Numbered from the stretch's first letter, positions 8,735 through 20,522 are shown. The stretch is 64,000 nucleotides of DNA from an uncultured Acidobacteriota bacterium (GCA_963727765.1 CAVSGZ010000013.1:344491-408490), one strand, 5' to 3'. The notes: generated by a model not told the origin, from the sequence alone. A program made the numbers and translations.

Positions 8735-10312
8735 TCAGGCCCGCCCAGAGTTCCTGGCAAACTGCCGGAGCACCTCGGCCCGCTCGCGGGCTTCGGGCTG
8801 GTCGGCCAGCGTGTCGGACGGCCACGGCAGCCGCCAGGTCCAGTTGTGGTTGTCGATGAGCGCGGGCACGTTGATCCGGTCCCGCCAGCCGAAGACGTCC
8901 TGGATCGGCAGCAGCAGGATGTCCGAACCCGAGGCGAACAGGATCTCGAGCAGCACGTCTCTGAGTCCGGGCGTGAACGGCCCTCCGGGATTCTCAAGCG
9001 CGGCCGCGCGCTCGCGGACGCCCGGCGCCTCCAGCACCGCGGCCCGCTCCGCGGCGTCGAGGCCGTCCCACCAGGCCGCAACCGTCTCCGTGTCGTGGGT
9101 GCCCGAGGTCGCCATCGACACGGCCGTGTACGCCGCCGGGTCCCGGTAGGGGCGGCCCGGCTGATCCCAGTGGCGCTCCCACCGGAAGACCTTGCAGCCG
9201 GGCACGCCGAGCCGCGCGATCGACTGCCGGACGAAGTCGGGGACCGTGCCGAGGTCCTCGGCGATGATCCGCGCGTCCGACCCGGCGAAGATCGAGAGCA
9301 CCTTCTCGCCGAGCGCAAGTTGCGCGGGCTCGTCGGCCGGATCGAAGCGCGCGGGAGACCCGTCGCGCGGGAAGAGACAGGTGCGATAGAACCCCACCAG
9401 GTGATCCACCCGGTAGCCGTCGTAGAGCGCCGCCGTTCGGAGCGCCCGCCGCCGCAGCCAGCCGAAGTCGCGGGCGGCGAGTTCGTCCCACGCGTAGGCC
9501 GGCATGCCCCAGTTCTGCCCGGTCGCGCTGAAGGCGTCAGGCGGTGCGCCGATCGACACGTCCAGGCGGAACGACGAGGCGTCGGCCCAGACATCGGCGC
9601 TGTCGCCGTCGACCATGAACGGCAGGTCGCCAAACAGGCAGAGCGGGCGCGCGCGCGCTTTCGCCTCGCGCCACTGCAGGTCCGCCAGCAACTGCAGCCA
9701 CTGCCGGTAGCGCATGTCGGCGGCCAGCTCCCGGGCGGCGCCGACCAGCGCTTCTGGTTCCCGGTTGCGGAGCGGCGCCGGCCACTCGTGCCAGGGCCGC
9801 TCGCCGAAACGCGCGTGCAGCGCGCGGAAGAGCGCGTACTCGTCGAGCCACCAGGCCTGGCTGACGCGCCACGCGTCGAAGGCGTCGGCTTCCTGCGCTC
9901 CCCCGCCCGCCGATCGACGCTCGAACTCCGCGAACGCGGCCCGGAGCGCCGGCTCCTTCACGCTCCTGACGAGCGCGTGATCGATCACCGGCGACCGGCG
10001 TGCCGCGTCCAGCCGCTCCCGCCACTCGCCACCCATCGCCGCCTCGCCGCCCAGGTCCTGGAATTCAGGGATCGTGCCGACGCTGATGAAGATCGGGTCG
10101 ACCGCCATCGCGCTCATCGCGGAATAAGGCGACCGCTGGCCGACCGCCATCTCATGAATCGGGAGAAGCTGCAGCAGGTCGAAGCCGGCCTCGCGCAGCC
10201 ACGAGGCGAACGCCGGGATGTCGCTGATCTCGCCGATGCCCCAGCTCGCGCGGGCGGGGATCGAGAAGAGCGGCACGAGCAGCCCGGCGTGTCGGCCTGA
10301 GGCAAGTGGCAT
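8735..10312 (-). CDS. malQ: 4-alpha-glucanotransferase (amylomaltase, GH77)
   Basis: From ORF 8735..10324, with the start moved to ATG 10312 (GAGGA 6 nt upstream). Carries the GH77 blocks GIGEISD, LLQLLPIHE, FGDLPFMVDGDSADVW, GAPPDAFSATGQNWGMPAY, YRVDHLVGF, IAEDLGTVP and SGTHDTET. Confidence 0.9.
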   Translation of the reverse strand: MPLASGRHAGLLVPLFSIPARASWGIGEISDIPAFASWLREAGFDLLQLLPIHEMAVGQRSPYSAMSAMAVDPIFISVGTIPEFQDLGGEAAMGGEWRERLDAARRSPVIDHALVRSVKEPALRAAFAEFERRSAGGGAQEADAFDAWRVSQAWWLDEYALFRALHARFGERPWHEWPAPLRNREPEALVGAARELAADMRYRQWLQLLADLQWREAKARARPLCLFGDLPFMVDGDSADVWADASSFRLDVSIGAPPDAFSATGQNWGMPAYAWDELAARDFGWLRRRALRTAALYDGYRVDHLVGFYRTCLFPRDGSPARFDPADEPAQLALGEKVLSIFAGSDARIIAEDLGTVPDFVRQSIARLGVPGCKVFRWERHWDQPGRPYRDPAAYTAVSMATSGTHDTETVAAWWDGLDAAERAAVLEAPGVRERAAALENPGGPFTPGLRDVLLEILFASGSDILLLPIQDVFGWRDRINVPALIDNHNWTWRLPWPSDTLADQPEARERAEVLRQFARNSGRA

Positions 10313-10320
10313 CGGGTTCC

Positions 10321-11484
10321 TCACGCGGATGCCCGCGCCAGCAGGCGCGCGGCGCCTTCACGAAACTCGGCCGGCGGCGGCAGCAGGCTCACCACGACGA
10401 ACGCCTCGTGCGGGAAGTCGAAGAAGTAGCCCGGGTGCGCGAGCACGTGGTCGCGCTCCAGCAGGTCGAGCACGAGCGCCTCTTCCGTTCTCGTCGCCGG
10501 CACGCGGACGACCGCAGACCAGCCGCCCTCGACGCGCAGCACCGAGCAGGCCGGGTGCCCGGCGGCAAGCGACTGCAGGTCGCGCAGGTTCGTCGTCACG
10601 CGGTCGAGGATCTGGGCGCGGACTTCACTCCCGGCCGCGATGAGCGCCTTCGCGGCGCGCTGCACGGGCGTCGACACCGAGAGGAACGTGTCGCAGATGA
10701 TCTCGAGGCGAGCGAGCGCGGCATCGACCAGCGGCGCCGGGCCGCCGACTGCCATCCACCCGAGCTTCATCTGCGGCATGCCGGCCGACTTCGAGAGGCC
10801 CCCGAGACTGAACGCCAGTGCGTCGTCCTGCTCGAGCACGCGCGCCAGATCCGGGCGCGGGTCGATGAGGTAGTCGCAGAACACCTCGTCGCCGACGAGC
10901 GCGATCTCGCGCGACGCGCAGAGGCGGGCCAGCACGGCCAGGTCGCCGCGCGCGATTACCGAACCGGTGGGGTTGTTCGGGCTGACGACCAGCACGGCCC
11001 GCGTCCGCGGCGTGATGGCCGACTCGACCGCGTGCGCGTCGATCGACCAGGTGCCGTGGAAGTCGAGCGAATAGGGACGGACGGCGACCAGCTCGAGCCG
11101 CGTCAGGTGCTCGAACAGCGGGTAGCTCGGCACCGGGACCAGCACCTCGTCGCCGGGGTTGCACAGCAACTTGAAAAGAAACGCGTAGGCCTCGCTCGTG
11201 CTGGCCGTCAGGACGACGCGCGCGGGATCGACGGGCGGACCGGTTCTGCCGATCTCGGCGGCAACGGCCTCGCGGGTGATCGACAGGCCGAACGGCTGCG
11301 GGTCGTAGTCAAGCCCTTCGGGCGCCGCCAGTGCGGCCAGCGCCCGATCCGGGTAAGCCAGGCCGACCCTGGTCGGGTTGGTCTCGGTGAGATCGATCGG
11401 CCGGACGCCTCGAGCCCGGATCGTCAGCTCGGCGCTGGTCAGCCGGTTGGGCGCGAGGTCGGACGGGGTCCGCGTCGAGAACAT
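10321..11484 (-). CDS. PLP-dependent aminotransferase, class I/II
   Basis: ORF 10321..11484. Has the N-terminus [20 protein letters not shown], the SPNNPTGSV motif and the Schiff-base lysine context [18 protein letters not shown]. Only 8 nt separate its stop from the malQ ATG, so the two likely form an operon. Confidence 0.85.
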   Translation of the reverse strand: MFSTRTPSDLAPNRLTSAELTIRARGVRPIDLTETNPTRVGLAYPDRALAALAAPEGLDYDPQPFGLSITREAVAAEIGRTGPPVDPARVVLTASTSEAYAFLFKLLCNPGDEVLVPVPSYPLFEHLTRLELVAVRPYSLDFHGTWSIDAHAVESAITPRTRAVLVVSPNNPTGSVIARGDLAVLARLCASREIALVGDEVFCDYLIDPRPDLARVLEQDDALAFSLGGLSKSAGMPQMKLGWMAVGGPAPLVDAALARLEIICDTFLSVSTPVQRAAKALIAAGSEVRAQILDRVTTNLRDLQSLAAGHPACSVLRVEGGWSAVVRVPATRTEEALVLDLLERDHVLAHPGYFFDFPHEAFVVVSLLPPPAEFREGAARLLARASA

Positions 11485-11546
11485 CTATCTACGTTAGACT
11501 AGCTCTCAGGCGGGGCAACAGTGTTTTCCGCCGGGGCCGCTACGTC

Positions 11547-12466
<920 letters not shown>

Positions 12467-12470
<4 letters not shown>

Positions 12471-13330
12471 CCGACTTCGACCTCGACCCGGTGTTCGTCC
12501 GCGAGCAGGTCCGGCGGTTCCTGCGCGAGGACCTCGGTGACGGCGACCTGACGACGCTGTGGACCGTCCCCGAGGGCGCGCTGGCCCGCGCGTGGGTCGT
12601 CGCGCGCCAGCCCTGCGTCGTCGCGGGGCTGCCGATCGCCGAGGTCGTATTCGCCGAGCTCGACGAGCGGATCGTCGCCGACGCCCAGGTGCGCGACGGC
12701 GCGGAGGTCGCTGCGGGTGGCCGGCTGATGAGGGTCACGGGGCCGGCGGCGCCGGTGCTGTCGGGCGAGCGCCTCGCGCTGAACCTCCTTCAGCGGCTCT
12801 CGGGCATCGCGACCCTCACGCGCCGCTACGTCGAGGCCATCGCCGGAACCAGGGCCTCCGTCTCCGACACGCGCAAGACCACGCCCGGGCTGCGGGCGCT
12901 CGAGAAGTACGCCGTCCGCGCGGGCGGCGGGCGCAATCACCGCTCCGGTCTCTACGACGCCGTCCTCATCAAGGACAACCACGTGACGGCGGCAGGCGGC
13001 GTGGCGGCGGCGCTGCGGTCCGTTCTCTCGCGCAAGACGGGCGACCTCACGGTGCAGGTGGAAGTGGACTCGGTGGCACAGCTTGCCGAGGCGCTCGACG
13101 CCGGCGCGCGCGCTGTGCTGCTCGACAACATGTCACCCGCCGTGACGGCCGAGGCCGTGGCCCTGGTCCGCCGGCGGCCGGCCGGCCACTCAATCTGGGT
13201 AGAATCGTCTGGCGGCATCGCCCTCCAGAACATCCGGGCCTACGCCGAGGCTGGCGTGGACACCATCTCCGTCGGCGCCCTCACGCATTCGGCGCCGTCG
13301 GTGGACATCGCGCTGGATTTCGAAACATGA
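12467..13330 (+). CDS. nadC: nicotinate-nucleotide diphosphorylase (quinolinate phosphoribosyltransferase)
   Basis: The internal ATG at 12467 of ORF 12140..13330 overlaps the nadA stop (ATGA). Carries [34 protein letters not shown] and LIKDNH. Confidence 0.95.
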
Positions 13331-14880
13331 CCGACCGGATCGACGTGCTCGTCATCGGCAGTGGCCTGGCCGGCTGCTCGACCGCGCTGGCCGCCGCACG
13401 GCGCGGCGCGCGCGTCGTCATGCTCACCAAGGCGGGGCGCGCCGAGGACTCCAACACGTGGGAGGCGCAGGGCGGCATCATCTACCGTGCCGAGGACGAC
13501 TCCCCGGACCTTCTGGCGTCCGACATCCTCACCGCCGGCGCCGGACTCTGCAAGCCGGAGGCGGTGGAACTCCTGAGTCGCGAGGGGCCGCGGCTGGTCG
13601 AGGAGATCCTGCTCGGCGAGGCCCACGTGCCGTTCGATCGCCGTCCCGACGGCTCGCTCGACCTGACCGCCGAGGCCGCGCACTCGCGGCCGCGGATCAT
13701 TCACCGCGCCGACGGCACCGGGCGCGCGATCGAGGAGTCGATCCTGGCCGCGGTCCGGCGCGAGCCCGACATCTCGATCCTCACCGGCCGCACGGCCGTC
13801 GATCTGCTGACGCTCTCCCATCACTCGCGGAACCCGCTCGACGTCTACGCGCCGCCGACGTGCGTGGGGGCTTACGTGTTCAACCAGGCGTCGGGGCGCG
13901 TGGAGACGCTGCTGGCGAAGGAGACCGTTCTCGCCACCGGCGGCCTTGGCCGAATCTTCCTGCACACGACCAACCCGGCCGGTGCGTGCGGCGACGGAGT
14001 GGCGACGGCCTACCGCGCCGGCGCGCGCTGCCTGAACATGCAGTTCATCCAGTTCCACCCGACGACGCTCTATCACAGCGGGGAGCGGTTCCTGCTCTCC
14101 GAGGCGCTGCGCGGGGAGGGCGCGCGGCTGGTGGACGGGAGCGGCCGCGAGTTCATGACCGACTATCACCCGGACGGCTCGCTGGCGCCGCGCGACATCG
14201 TCGCGCGCGGCATCCACCAGATGATGCACGAGACCGGGTCGTCGTGCGCCTACCTGGACATCAGCCACAAGCCGGCGGCCTGGATCCTCGAGCGCTTCCC
14301 GACCGTGGCGGGCAAATGCCGTGAGGCCGGGTTTGACCTGACCACTCAGCCGATTCCGGTTGTGCCGGCCGCGCACTACAGCTGCGGCGGCGTCGTGGTG
14401 GACGGCGAGGGGCAGTCCAGCCTGCACCGGCTGCGCGCGGTCGGCGAGGTGTCGTGCACGGGGCTGCACGGCGCGAACCGGCTGGCGAGCACGTCGCTGC
14501 TCGAGTGCCTCGTGTGGGGCACGCGCGCCGGCCACGCGGCGGCGGAATCCTGCCGGGACGGCTCCTGCGACTACTTCCCCGAGATTGCGCCCTGGCAGTA
14601 CAAGACCGAGCCGGTCGACCCGGCGCTCATCGCGCAGGACTGGCTCACCATCCGCCAGACGATGTGGAACTACGTCGGCCTGGTGCGAAACCGCCGGCGG
14701 CTCGACCGGGCGCAGGCCATCCTCAGGGAACTGAACATGGAGATCGGGCGCTTCTACGGGAAGGCGGCGCTCGGCGACGCGCTCATCACGCTGCGCAACG
14801 GCGTGCAGACGGCGCTGGTGGTGCTGCTGGCGGCGATGGAATCGCGCGAGAGCAGGGGCTGCCACTACCGCACCGATTGA
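13327..14880 (+). CDS. nadB: L-aspartate oxidase
   Basis: The internal ATG at 13327 of ORF 12559..14880 overlaps the nadC stop (ATGA). Has the FAD motif VLVIGSGLAGCS plus FIQFHPTTL, LRGEGA and GLHGANRLASTSLLE. Confidence 0.95.
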   Translation: MTDRIDVLVIGSGLAGCSTALAAARRGARVVMLTKAGRAEDSNTWEAQGGIIYRAEDDSPDLLASDILTAGAGLCKPEAVELLSREGPRLVEEILLGEAHVPFDRRPDGSLDLTAEAAHSRPRIIHRADGTGRAIEESILAAVRREPDISILTGRTAVDLLTLSHHSRNPLDVYAPPTCVGAYVFNQASGRVETLLAKETVLATGGLGRIFLHTTNPAGACGDGVATAYRAGARCLNMQFIQFHPTTLYHSGERFLLSEALRGEGARLVDGSGREFMTDYHPDGSLAPRDIVARGIHQMMHETGSSCAYLDISHKPAAWILERFPTVAGKCREAGFDLTTQPIPVVPAAHYSCGGVVVDGEGQSSLHRLRAVGEVSCTGLHGANRLASTSLLECLVWGTRAGHAAAESCRDGSCDYFPEIAPWQYKTEPVDPALIAQDWLTIRQTMWNYVGLVRNRRRLDRAQAILRELNMEIGRFYGKAALGDALITLRNGVQTALVVLLAAMESRESRGCHYRTD

Positions 14881-15069
14881 CGCCTGTCTTTGTGGGCCGT
14901 CCCTTCCCGCCTCCGCGCGAAGCGCTACGCCGGGTCCGCCGTAGCCGGGCGAAGGAGGACACGGGCGGCGCGTGTGCGGGCTGTGGCGCCGGTCGGGTTG
15001 CCTGTCGATACATCGTGACAACGTGACGCCGTCGTCGGCCGTCAGCCTGCCTGCGCGAGCGTGTCCGTG

Positions 15070-16455
15070 TCAGCGCGCGAGCGCTTCAACGTCCTCCATC
15101 TCGATCGGAATCGGCTTCCCGAGTATCCGGCAGCCGGTGTCGGTGATGACCACGTCGTCCTCCACGCGGATGCCGCCGAAGCCGCGGAACTTGTCGATCA
15201 CGTCGTAGTTGAGGAAATCGGTGAACTTCCCCTCGGCCCGCCACTTGTCCATCAGCGTCGGGATCATGTAGATGCCCGGCTCGACCGTCATCACGAAGCC
15301 TGGCTCGAGCGCGCGTCCCATGCGCAGCGACTTGAGGCCGAACTGCGTGCTGCGCGTCACCGTGTGGTCGTACCCGACGTGCTGCTCGCCCAAGCCCTCC
15401 ATGTCGTGCACGTCGAAGCCCATCATGTGGCCGAGGCCGCACTGGAAGAACATCGCGTGCGCCCCCTCGCGGACGGCCGCGTCGAGATCGCCCTTCATGC
15501 AGCCGATTGCCTTGAGGTCCTCGGCCAGGCTGCGGCAGGCGAGCAGGTGGACGTCCATCCACTTGACGGCCGGCTTCGCGGCGGCCAGCGCCTTCTTGTG
15601 CGCGCGGAGGACCGCCTGGTAGAGGTCGCGCTGCGGGCCGACGAACTTCCCGCCGATCGGAATCGTGCGGGTGATGTCGCTCGCGTAGTGCAGCGGCGAG
15701 TCGCCGCCCGAGTCGTTGACCGCCATCTGCCCGGCCTGCATCAGGTTGTCGTGCGAGTGGTTGTGCAGCGTCTCGCCGTGCACCGAGAAGATGATCGGGA
15801 AGGAGAGCTGCGCCCCGCGCGACTCGACCAGGCCGGCCATCGCGCCGGCCACCTCGCGCTCGTACATGCCGGGCCGGGCGATCTTCATCGCGAGCACGTG
15901 CATGTCGTGGGCCAGGTCGACGGCGGCTTCGATCTCGCAGATCTCCTCCGGCCCCTTGTAGGCGCGCTGCGCCACGACGGCCTTGACGAGCGGGATCGAT
16001 GCGTGCGCGTTCACCATGCCCGGACGGATCCCCACGTGGTAGGTGATGACCAGCACGTTGTCGTGGCGGTACTGGGGCAGGTAGTGAATGCGCCGCCCCT
16101 GCCGAACCGCCGCGTCGAGCGCCGCCGCAAGGTCTTTCCGCGAGCCGGTGGCGGTGACGCCCGCCTTCGCGGCTCGCTCCGCGATGGTCGGCTGCGGCCC
16201 GCGCCAGACGATGTCGTCGATTGTGAAGTCGTTGCCGTAGATAGTGTGCGTGCCGGCATCAACGTCGATGACGGCGGCCAGCTCCGGGTCGTCGAGGCCC
16301 CAGTAGTAGAGGAACGACGAGTCCTGCCTGAAGTGGTAGGTGTTATCGGTGTAGTTCATCGGCGAGTCGTTGTTGCCGATGAAGAGGAGCAGGCCGCGCT
16401 TGAACTGCTGCTGCAGCTTGGTACGGCGCGTGGTGTAGATCGTGGCGTCGAACAT
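15070..16455 (-). CDS. Xaa-Pro aminopeptidase (M24B family)
   Basis: ORF 15070..16455, with GGGAGGA upstream of the ATG. Has an N-terminal AMP_N-like domain and the pita-bread metal-ligand blocks VNDSGGD..SDITRT, GLGHMMGFDVHD, TVEPGIY and IRVEDDV. Confidence 0.85.
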   Translation of the reverse strand: MFDATIYTTRRTKLQQQFKRGLLLFIGNNDSPMNYTDNTYHFRQDSSFLYYWGLDDPELAAVIDVDAGTHTIYGNDFTIDDIVWRGPQPTIAERAAKAGVTATGSRKDLAAALDAAVRQGRRIHYLPQYRHDNVLVITYHVGIRPGMVNAHASIPLVKAVVAQRAYKGPEEICEIEAAVDLAHDMHVLAMKIARPGMYEREVAGAMAGLVESRGAQLSFPIIFSVHGETLHNHSHDNLMQAGQMAVNDSGGDSPLHYASDITRTIPIGGKFVGPQRDLYQAVLRAHKKALAAAKPAVKWMDVHLLACRSLAEDLKAIGCMKGDLDAAVREGAHAMFFQCGLGHMMGFDVHDMEGLGEQHVGYDHTVTRSTQFGLKSLRMGRALEPGFVMTVEPGIYMIPTLMDKWRAEGKFTDFLNYDVIDKFRGFGGIRVEDDVVITDTGCRILGKPIPIEMEDVEALAR

Positions 16456-16478
16456 GATTCCTCCCGGAGCGTAACGGT

Positions 16479-19131
16479 TTAGCGGCCTCCGACAATCGTC
16501 GCACTCTGCGTGAGCTTCAGCTCGCCGGCCTGTATCGTCACGACATAGCTGCCCGGCGCGACCTGGCGCTCGTGGGCATCGCTCATATCCCAGCTTGCCC
16601 GGTTCATGCCGGCTTCACCGGAGCCTGTGAGCGTCCTAATCTCATTGCCCGACATGTCGACGACCGCGATCTTCACTCCGCCGTCGGCCTTGTCCTTCAG
16701 GTAGTAGTCGAAGTTCAACCCGTCGTCGTTCGGGACGAGCAGCGCACGGTCGCCGTAGAACTCGAAGTTGCCGAGCGGCCCCGGCGCCGGCAGCGGGCGC
16801 GGCTGCACGGCGAAGAAGTGCGCGGGGCCGTCGAACGCCCCCTGCTTCGCCTCGGCCACCCACGCGGTGTTCGCGATGTAGAGACCGCGGCCGTAGGTCG
16901 CCACGACCAGGTCGCGCTCCCGCGGGTGGATCAGCATGTCTGTCACCGGCACGGCAGGCATGTTCCCCTTCAGCGCCACCCACCGCTGCCCTCCGTCGAG
17001 CGACAGGTAGATGCCCTTGTTGCTGCCGACGTAGAGGATGTCCGGGTCCTTCAGGTCCTCGACAATCACGTCGATCGCCCGGTCGGCGAGGTTCGCGGAG
17101 ATCGATGTCCACGTGGCGCCGAAATCCGTCGTCTTCATCACCACGGGTTTGAACTCGTCGAACCGTCGCCCGTTGCGCGTCACGTAGGCCGTGCCCGACG
17201 CGAAGGCCGACGGCAGGACGCGCGTGGTGGCGTAGTAGGCCGGGCCGCCTCCGGCCGCCACGACCTTCGCCGTCGCGTCCGTCCATGTGGCCCCGTGATT
17301 GCGCGTCACCTGCACCTTGCCGTCGTCGGTCCCGACCCAGATGACGCCCGGCGTGACTGGCGACTCGGCAATCGTGGTGATCGTGCAGGTACTGGACCGT
17401 TGCGCCCGGCGGCGAGATCTTCGACGTGTCGTTGCCGGTCAGGTCGGGGCTGATCTCTTCCCAGTGATCGCCTTGATCGACCGACTGGAACAGCACCTGC
17501 GCGCCGGTGTAGATGATGTGGCTGTTGAACGGCGACAGCGCGAGCGGCGGTGTCCAGTTCCAGCGCAGCGGCGGCTGGCCTGGCGCTCGCATGGGGGTGA
17601 TTGCCTTGCGCATCCTGGTCCGCTGGTCGAGCCGGTAGTGCCCGCCCCACTGGAACGTGTTGTAGACCCAGCGGCTGTCGTTCGGATCGACCCGGTTGTA
17701 CTGGCCATCGTTGTCGCCCACCGTCACCCAGTCCTCAGGCCCGACGCGCCCAGCCGGCCCGTTGATGGGGCCCCGCCACGAGTCATGGTCCTGCAGGCCG
17801 CCGTAGATGTGATACGGGCGATCCATGTCAACGGCAATCGAGTAGAACTCGCCGCCCGGGATGTTCGAGTAGTGGTCGCACGTCCTGCCGGCGTCGTAGG
17901 AGATGTGGACGCCGCCGTCGCTGCCAAGGATCCAGCGGTCGGAGTTCTGCGGGTCGATCCACATCGTGCGGAAGTCGCCGAACCCCTTGGCGAACAGGTT
18001 CCTCGCGTCCCACGTGAGGCCCTTCCACGTCCTGCCGCCGTCCTCCGAGCTGAGCAGCGAGTCGCAGTTGACGATGATCCGCCTGTCGTTGTTCGGATCG
18101 ACCCGGATCTGATTGAACGAGTACCCCGCCTTCGAACTCACGTCGTCGGTCGCGGCGTTCATCTTCCGCCACGTCCTGCCGCCGTCGTCGGTTCGGTAGA
18201 CCTCGCCGCCGATCGCCCTCGGTTGCGGATCCTGGCCGCGTGCACGATCGCGCTTCGCCTCCTGCTCCGTCGGCGGACGGGTGGCGAAGTTCTCGGTCAC
18301 CGCGTAGAGGATTTCGGGGTTCTTCTGGTAGATGTCGAGGCCGATTCGGCCCTGCTTCGCGGGCAAACCGGCCGTCAGCTTCTTCCAGGTCCTCCCGCCG
18401 TCGGTCGTCTTGAAAATGCCGCTGCCCTCTCCGCCCTCCAGGAGTTTCCACGGCCGTCGCTGCACGTCGTACATCGCCGCGTAGAGCGTGTCGGGGCGCT
18501 TGCGGTCGAGCACGAGGTCGATGGCGCCGGTCCGATCGTTGAGGTAGAGGACCTTCTTCCAGGTCTTTCCGCCGTCGGCCGTCTTGAACACGCCGCGCTC
18601 CTCGTTGGTCGACCAGAGGCGGCCCATCGCCGCGACGTAGACGATGTCGGGGTTGGTGGGATGGACGACGATGCGGCCGATGTGCTGCGTCTCGCGCAGC
18701 CCCATGTGCTGCCAGGTCTTGCCCGCGTCGATCGACTTGTAGACGCCGTCGCCCGGGTAGGCCACGCGCACGCTTGACGCGTCGCCGGTGCCGACCCAGA
18801 CGATGTTCTCATTCGACGGCGCGACGGCGAGGCAGCCGATGTCGGTGACATCCTGCGCGTCGAAGATCGGCTGGAACGTGGTGCCGTTATTGGTCGTTTT
18901 CCAGACACCGCCGTACCGGACCGCGACGTAGAAGGTGTAGAGGTGCGACTTCTCTGGCGCCTCGGGCACGGCGATGTCGGAGACCCAGGAGCCAGCGCGG
19001 TACGGGCCAAGCGCGCGATACGTGAAGCCGGCCAGCTTGTCTTCGGTGAACGAGCGCGTCGGCGACTGCGCAAGGGCGGTGACGCTGGCAGTGGCCAACA
19101 GGAGGAGGCCGAGCGCGATTCTGGTTCTCAT
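16479..19131 (-). pseudogene. secreted sortilin/VPS10-type BNR (Asp-box) repeat beta-propeller protein; frame broken by one extra nt near 17388
   Basis: Signal peptide MRTRIALGLLLLATASVTALAQ from ATG 19131. Has many SxDxGxTW Asp-boxes (SIDAGKTWQ, TADGGKTWK, TTDGGRTWK, SEDGGRTWK). The N-terminal part is ORF 16642..19176 up to ..GATVQY, and the C-terminal part is ORF 16479..17315. The span is 2653 nt, which is 3n+1. Confidence 0.8.
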
Positions 19132-19140
19132 GATCACGTC

Positions 19141-19168
19141 CTGAGTCCTGAGCCTTGAGCCCTGAGCC
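19141..19168 (-). repeat. 28-bp tandem heptamer array (GGCTCAG GGCTCAA GGCTCAG GACTCAG)
   Basis: Four 7-nt units read on the minus strand, ending 10 nt upstream of the ATG at 19131. A near-identical copy lies at 20611..20638. Confidence 0.8.
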
Positions 19169-19172
19169 TCTT

Positions 19173-20459
19173 TCATGCCACCGCCTTGTCAATCGCCGGA
19201 CTGGGCGTCGTGAAGAACTTCGGGCCCTGCTCGGTCATGTGGAAACAGTCCTCGATGCGGATCCCGAACTCGCCCGGAAGAACGAGCATCGGCTCGTCGC
19301 TGAAGCACATGCCGGGCGCGAGCTTCGTCTTGTTGCCGCGCACGAGGTTGGTCCACTCGTGCCCGTCCATGCCGATGCCGTGTCCCGTCCGGTGCGGCAG
19401 GCCCGGCAGCTTGTAGTCGGGGCCGAAGCCGTGCTCGGCGTAAAGTTTCCGCGGTGCCGCATCCACGTCCTCGCACGCCGCGCCGAGCTTCGCCGCGGCG
19501 AACGCCGCCGCCTGGCCGCGCTTGACGAGATCCCAGATCTCCCGCTGCCGCCTGGTCGGCGCGCCGACGACGACCGTGCGGCTCATGTCGGAGTGGTAGC
19601 CATCCACCGTGCAGCCGCCGTCCATGAGAACGATGTCGCCTTCGCGGAGCGGGCGGCTCTTGATGCTCCCGTGTGGCGAGGACGTCATCTCCCCGAAGGT
19701 GGCGCCGATGCCGCCCTCCGCGCCGAGCGCATGATGCGCGGCAACGGCCAGCGCGCCGAACTCCTCTTCGGTCATGCCCGGCTTGAGCAGCGGGATAATC
19801 GCGCGGTACGCCTCGTTGGTGATGTTGTTCGCGCACTGCAGGAGCGCGATTTCCTTGGGCGTCTTGAAGATGCGACAGCCGGCGGTCACCGGGGTCCCGC
19901 TGACGATCTCCACGGCGGGCGCAGCCTTGCGAAGGCCGTCCGACACGAAGAACCGCGCGTACTCCTCGAAGCCGACGCGCGAGACGCCGCGGTCCTTCAG
20001 CGCCTGGGCGATTCGCTCGAACGGGCTCTCGTGCTCCTCCCACGTGCGCACGTCGCTGCCGATCGTGATCAACTCGCGCGCCCTGCCTTCCTCGAACTTC
20101 GGGCAGACGTAGGCCACCTCGCCGCGCGCCGGCAGGATGGCGACGAATGTCCGCTCGCTCGGCCACCAGCTCACGCCGGTGAAATATACGAGGCTCGTGC
20201 CCGAGTCGAGAATGATGGCGTCGATCTTGTTCTCGACCATCAGGCGGCGCGCCTTCTCGACGCGCGCCTTCCGGTCCTCGGTATCGATCCGGACGATGCC
20301 GCCGGTCATCGGCTTGAGGTGGCTGAACGGGCCGGCTGAAGCGGGCGTGGCTTGCGGCGCCGCGCCCGTGCCCGGCACGAGCGCCGCGGCATCCAGTGTG
20401 ACCCCCGCCCCGACGGCCAGGGCTGAAGACTGCAGGAATCTACGTCTGTCGATCGACAT
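19173..20459 (-). CDS. M24 family Xaa-Pro dipeptidase-like peptidase with Tat signal
   Basis: Internal ATG at 20459 of ORF 19173..21284, giving 428 aa. Has the twin-arginine signal MSIDRRRFLQSSALAVGAG and the M24 ligand blocks MDGGCTVDGYHSDMSRT, HRTGHGIGMDGHE, FSDEPM and IRIEDC. Confidence 0.85.
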   Translation of the reverse strand: MSIDRRRFLQSSALAVGAGVTLDAAALVPGTGAAPQATPASAGPFSHLKPMTGGIVRIDTEDRKARVEKARRLMVENKIDAIILDSGTSLVYFTGVSWWPSERTFVAILPARGEVAYVCPKFEEGRARELITIGSDVRTWEEHESPFERIAQALKDRGVSRVGFEEYARFFVSDGLRKAAPAVEIVSGTPVTAGCRIFKTPKEIALLQCANNITNEAYRAIIPLLKPGMTEEEFGALAVAAHHALGAEGGIGATFGEMTSSPHGSIKSRPLREGDIVLMDGGCTVDGYHSDMSRTVVVGAPTRRQREIWDLVKRGQAAAFAAAKLGAACEDVDAAPRKLYAEHGFGPDYKLPGLPHRTGHGIGMDGHEWTNLVRGNKTKLAPGMCFSDEPMLVLPGEFGIRIEDCFHMTEQGPKFFTTPSPAIDKAVA

Positions 20460-20487
20460 GGTCGGCTCCAGGATACTGACGCGCGCA

Positions 20488-20522
20488 GGCTTCGGGCTCC
20501 AGGCTTCAGGCGGCGGGCTGAG
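20488..20522 (+). repeat. tandem heptamer array (GGCTTCG GGCTCCA GGCTTCA GGCGGCG GGCTGAG) with embedded hairpin
   Basis: Five 7-nt units on the plus strand. GGCTTCAGGCG (20502..20512) pairs with CGCCTGAAGCC (20523..20533). It lies in the 5' leader of the Tat-M24 gene. Confidence 0.6.

Noticed and set aside
8540-10300. 586-aa plus-strand ORF, plus the 8440..9633 minus-strand ORF
   Set aside because: Both overlap malQ in other frames or on the other strand. malQ carries the full set of GH77 blocks and these ORFs carry none.
11485-11546. NAD+ class-I riboswitch (nadA motif), known from Acidobacteria upstream of nadA
   Set aside because: The leader is only 62 nt. It has a CAACA-containing hairpin (GGCGG..CCGCC) but no ACANCCCC-type bulge sequence and no room for the tandem two-domain structure. 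A covariance-model scan (Rfam nadA) would settle it.
13240-15021. 593-aa minus-strand ORF covering nadB
   Set aside because: It is antisense to a gene with unmistakable L-aspartate oxidase motifs. Its translation is Arg/Ala/Gly/Pro-rich low-complexity sequence, typical of mirror ORFs in high-GC DNA.
14881-15069. GC-rich spacer after nadB containing GCGAAGCGCTACGCCGGGTCCGCCGTAGCCGGGCGAAGG, considered as another repeat family or a terminator
   Set aside because: Only a 6-bp stem (GCTACG/CGTAGC) is present and I could find no second copy in this window, so it is not reported as a feature.
19132-19176. Upstream ATG at 19176 (overlapping the M24 stop as ATGA) as the start of BNR paralog 1
   Set aside because: The extra 15 codons (MKEAQGSRLRTQDVI) consist almost entirely of the 28-bp heptamer array, which also occurs in clearly non-coding DNA at 20611..20638. 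ATG 19131 gives a normal signal peptide. This remains an alternative.
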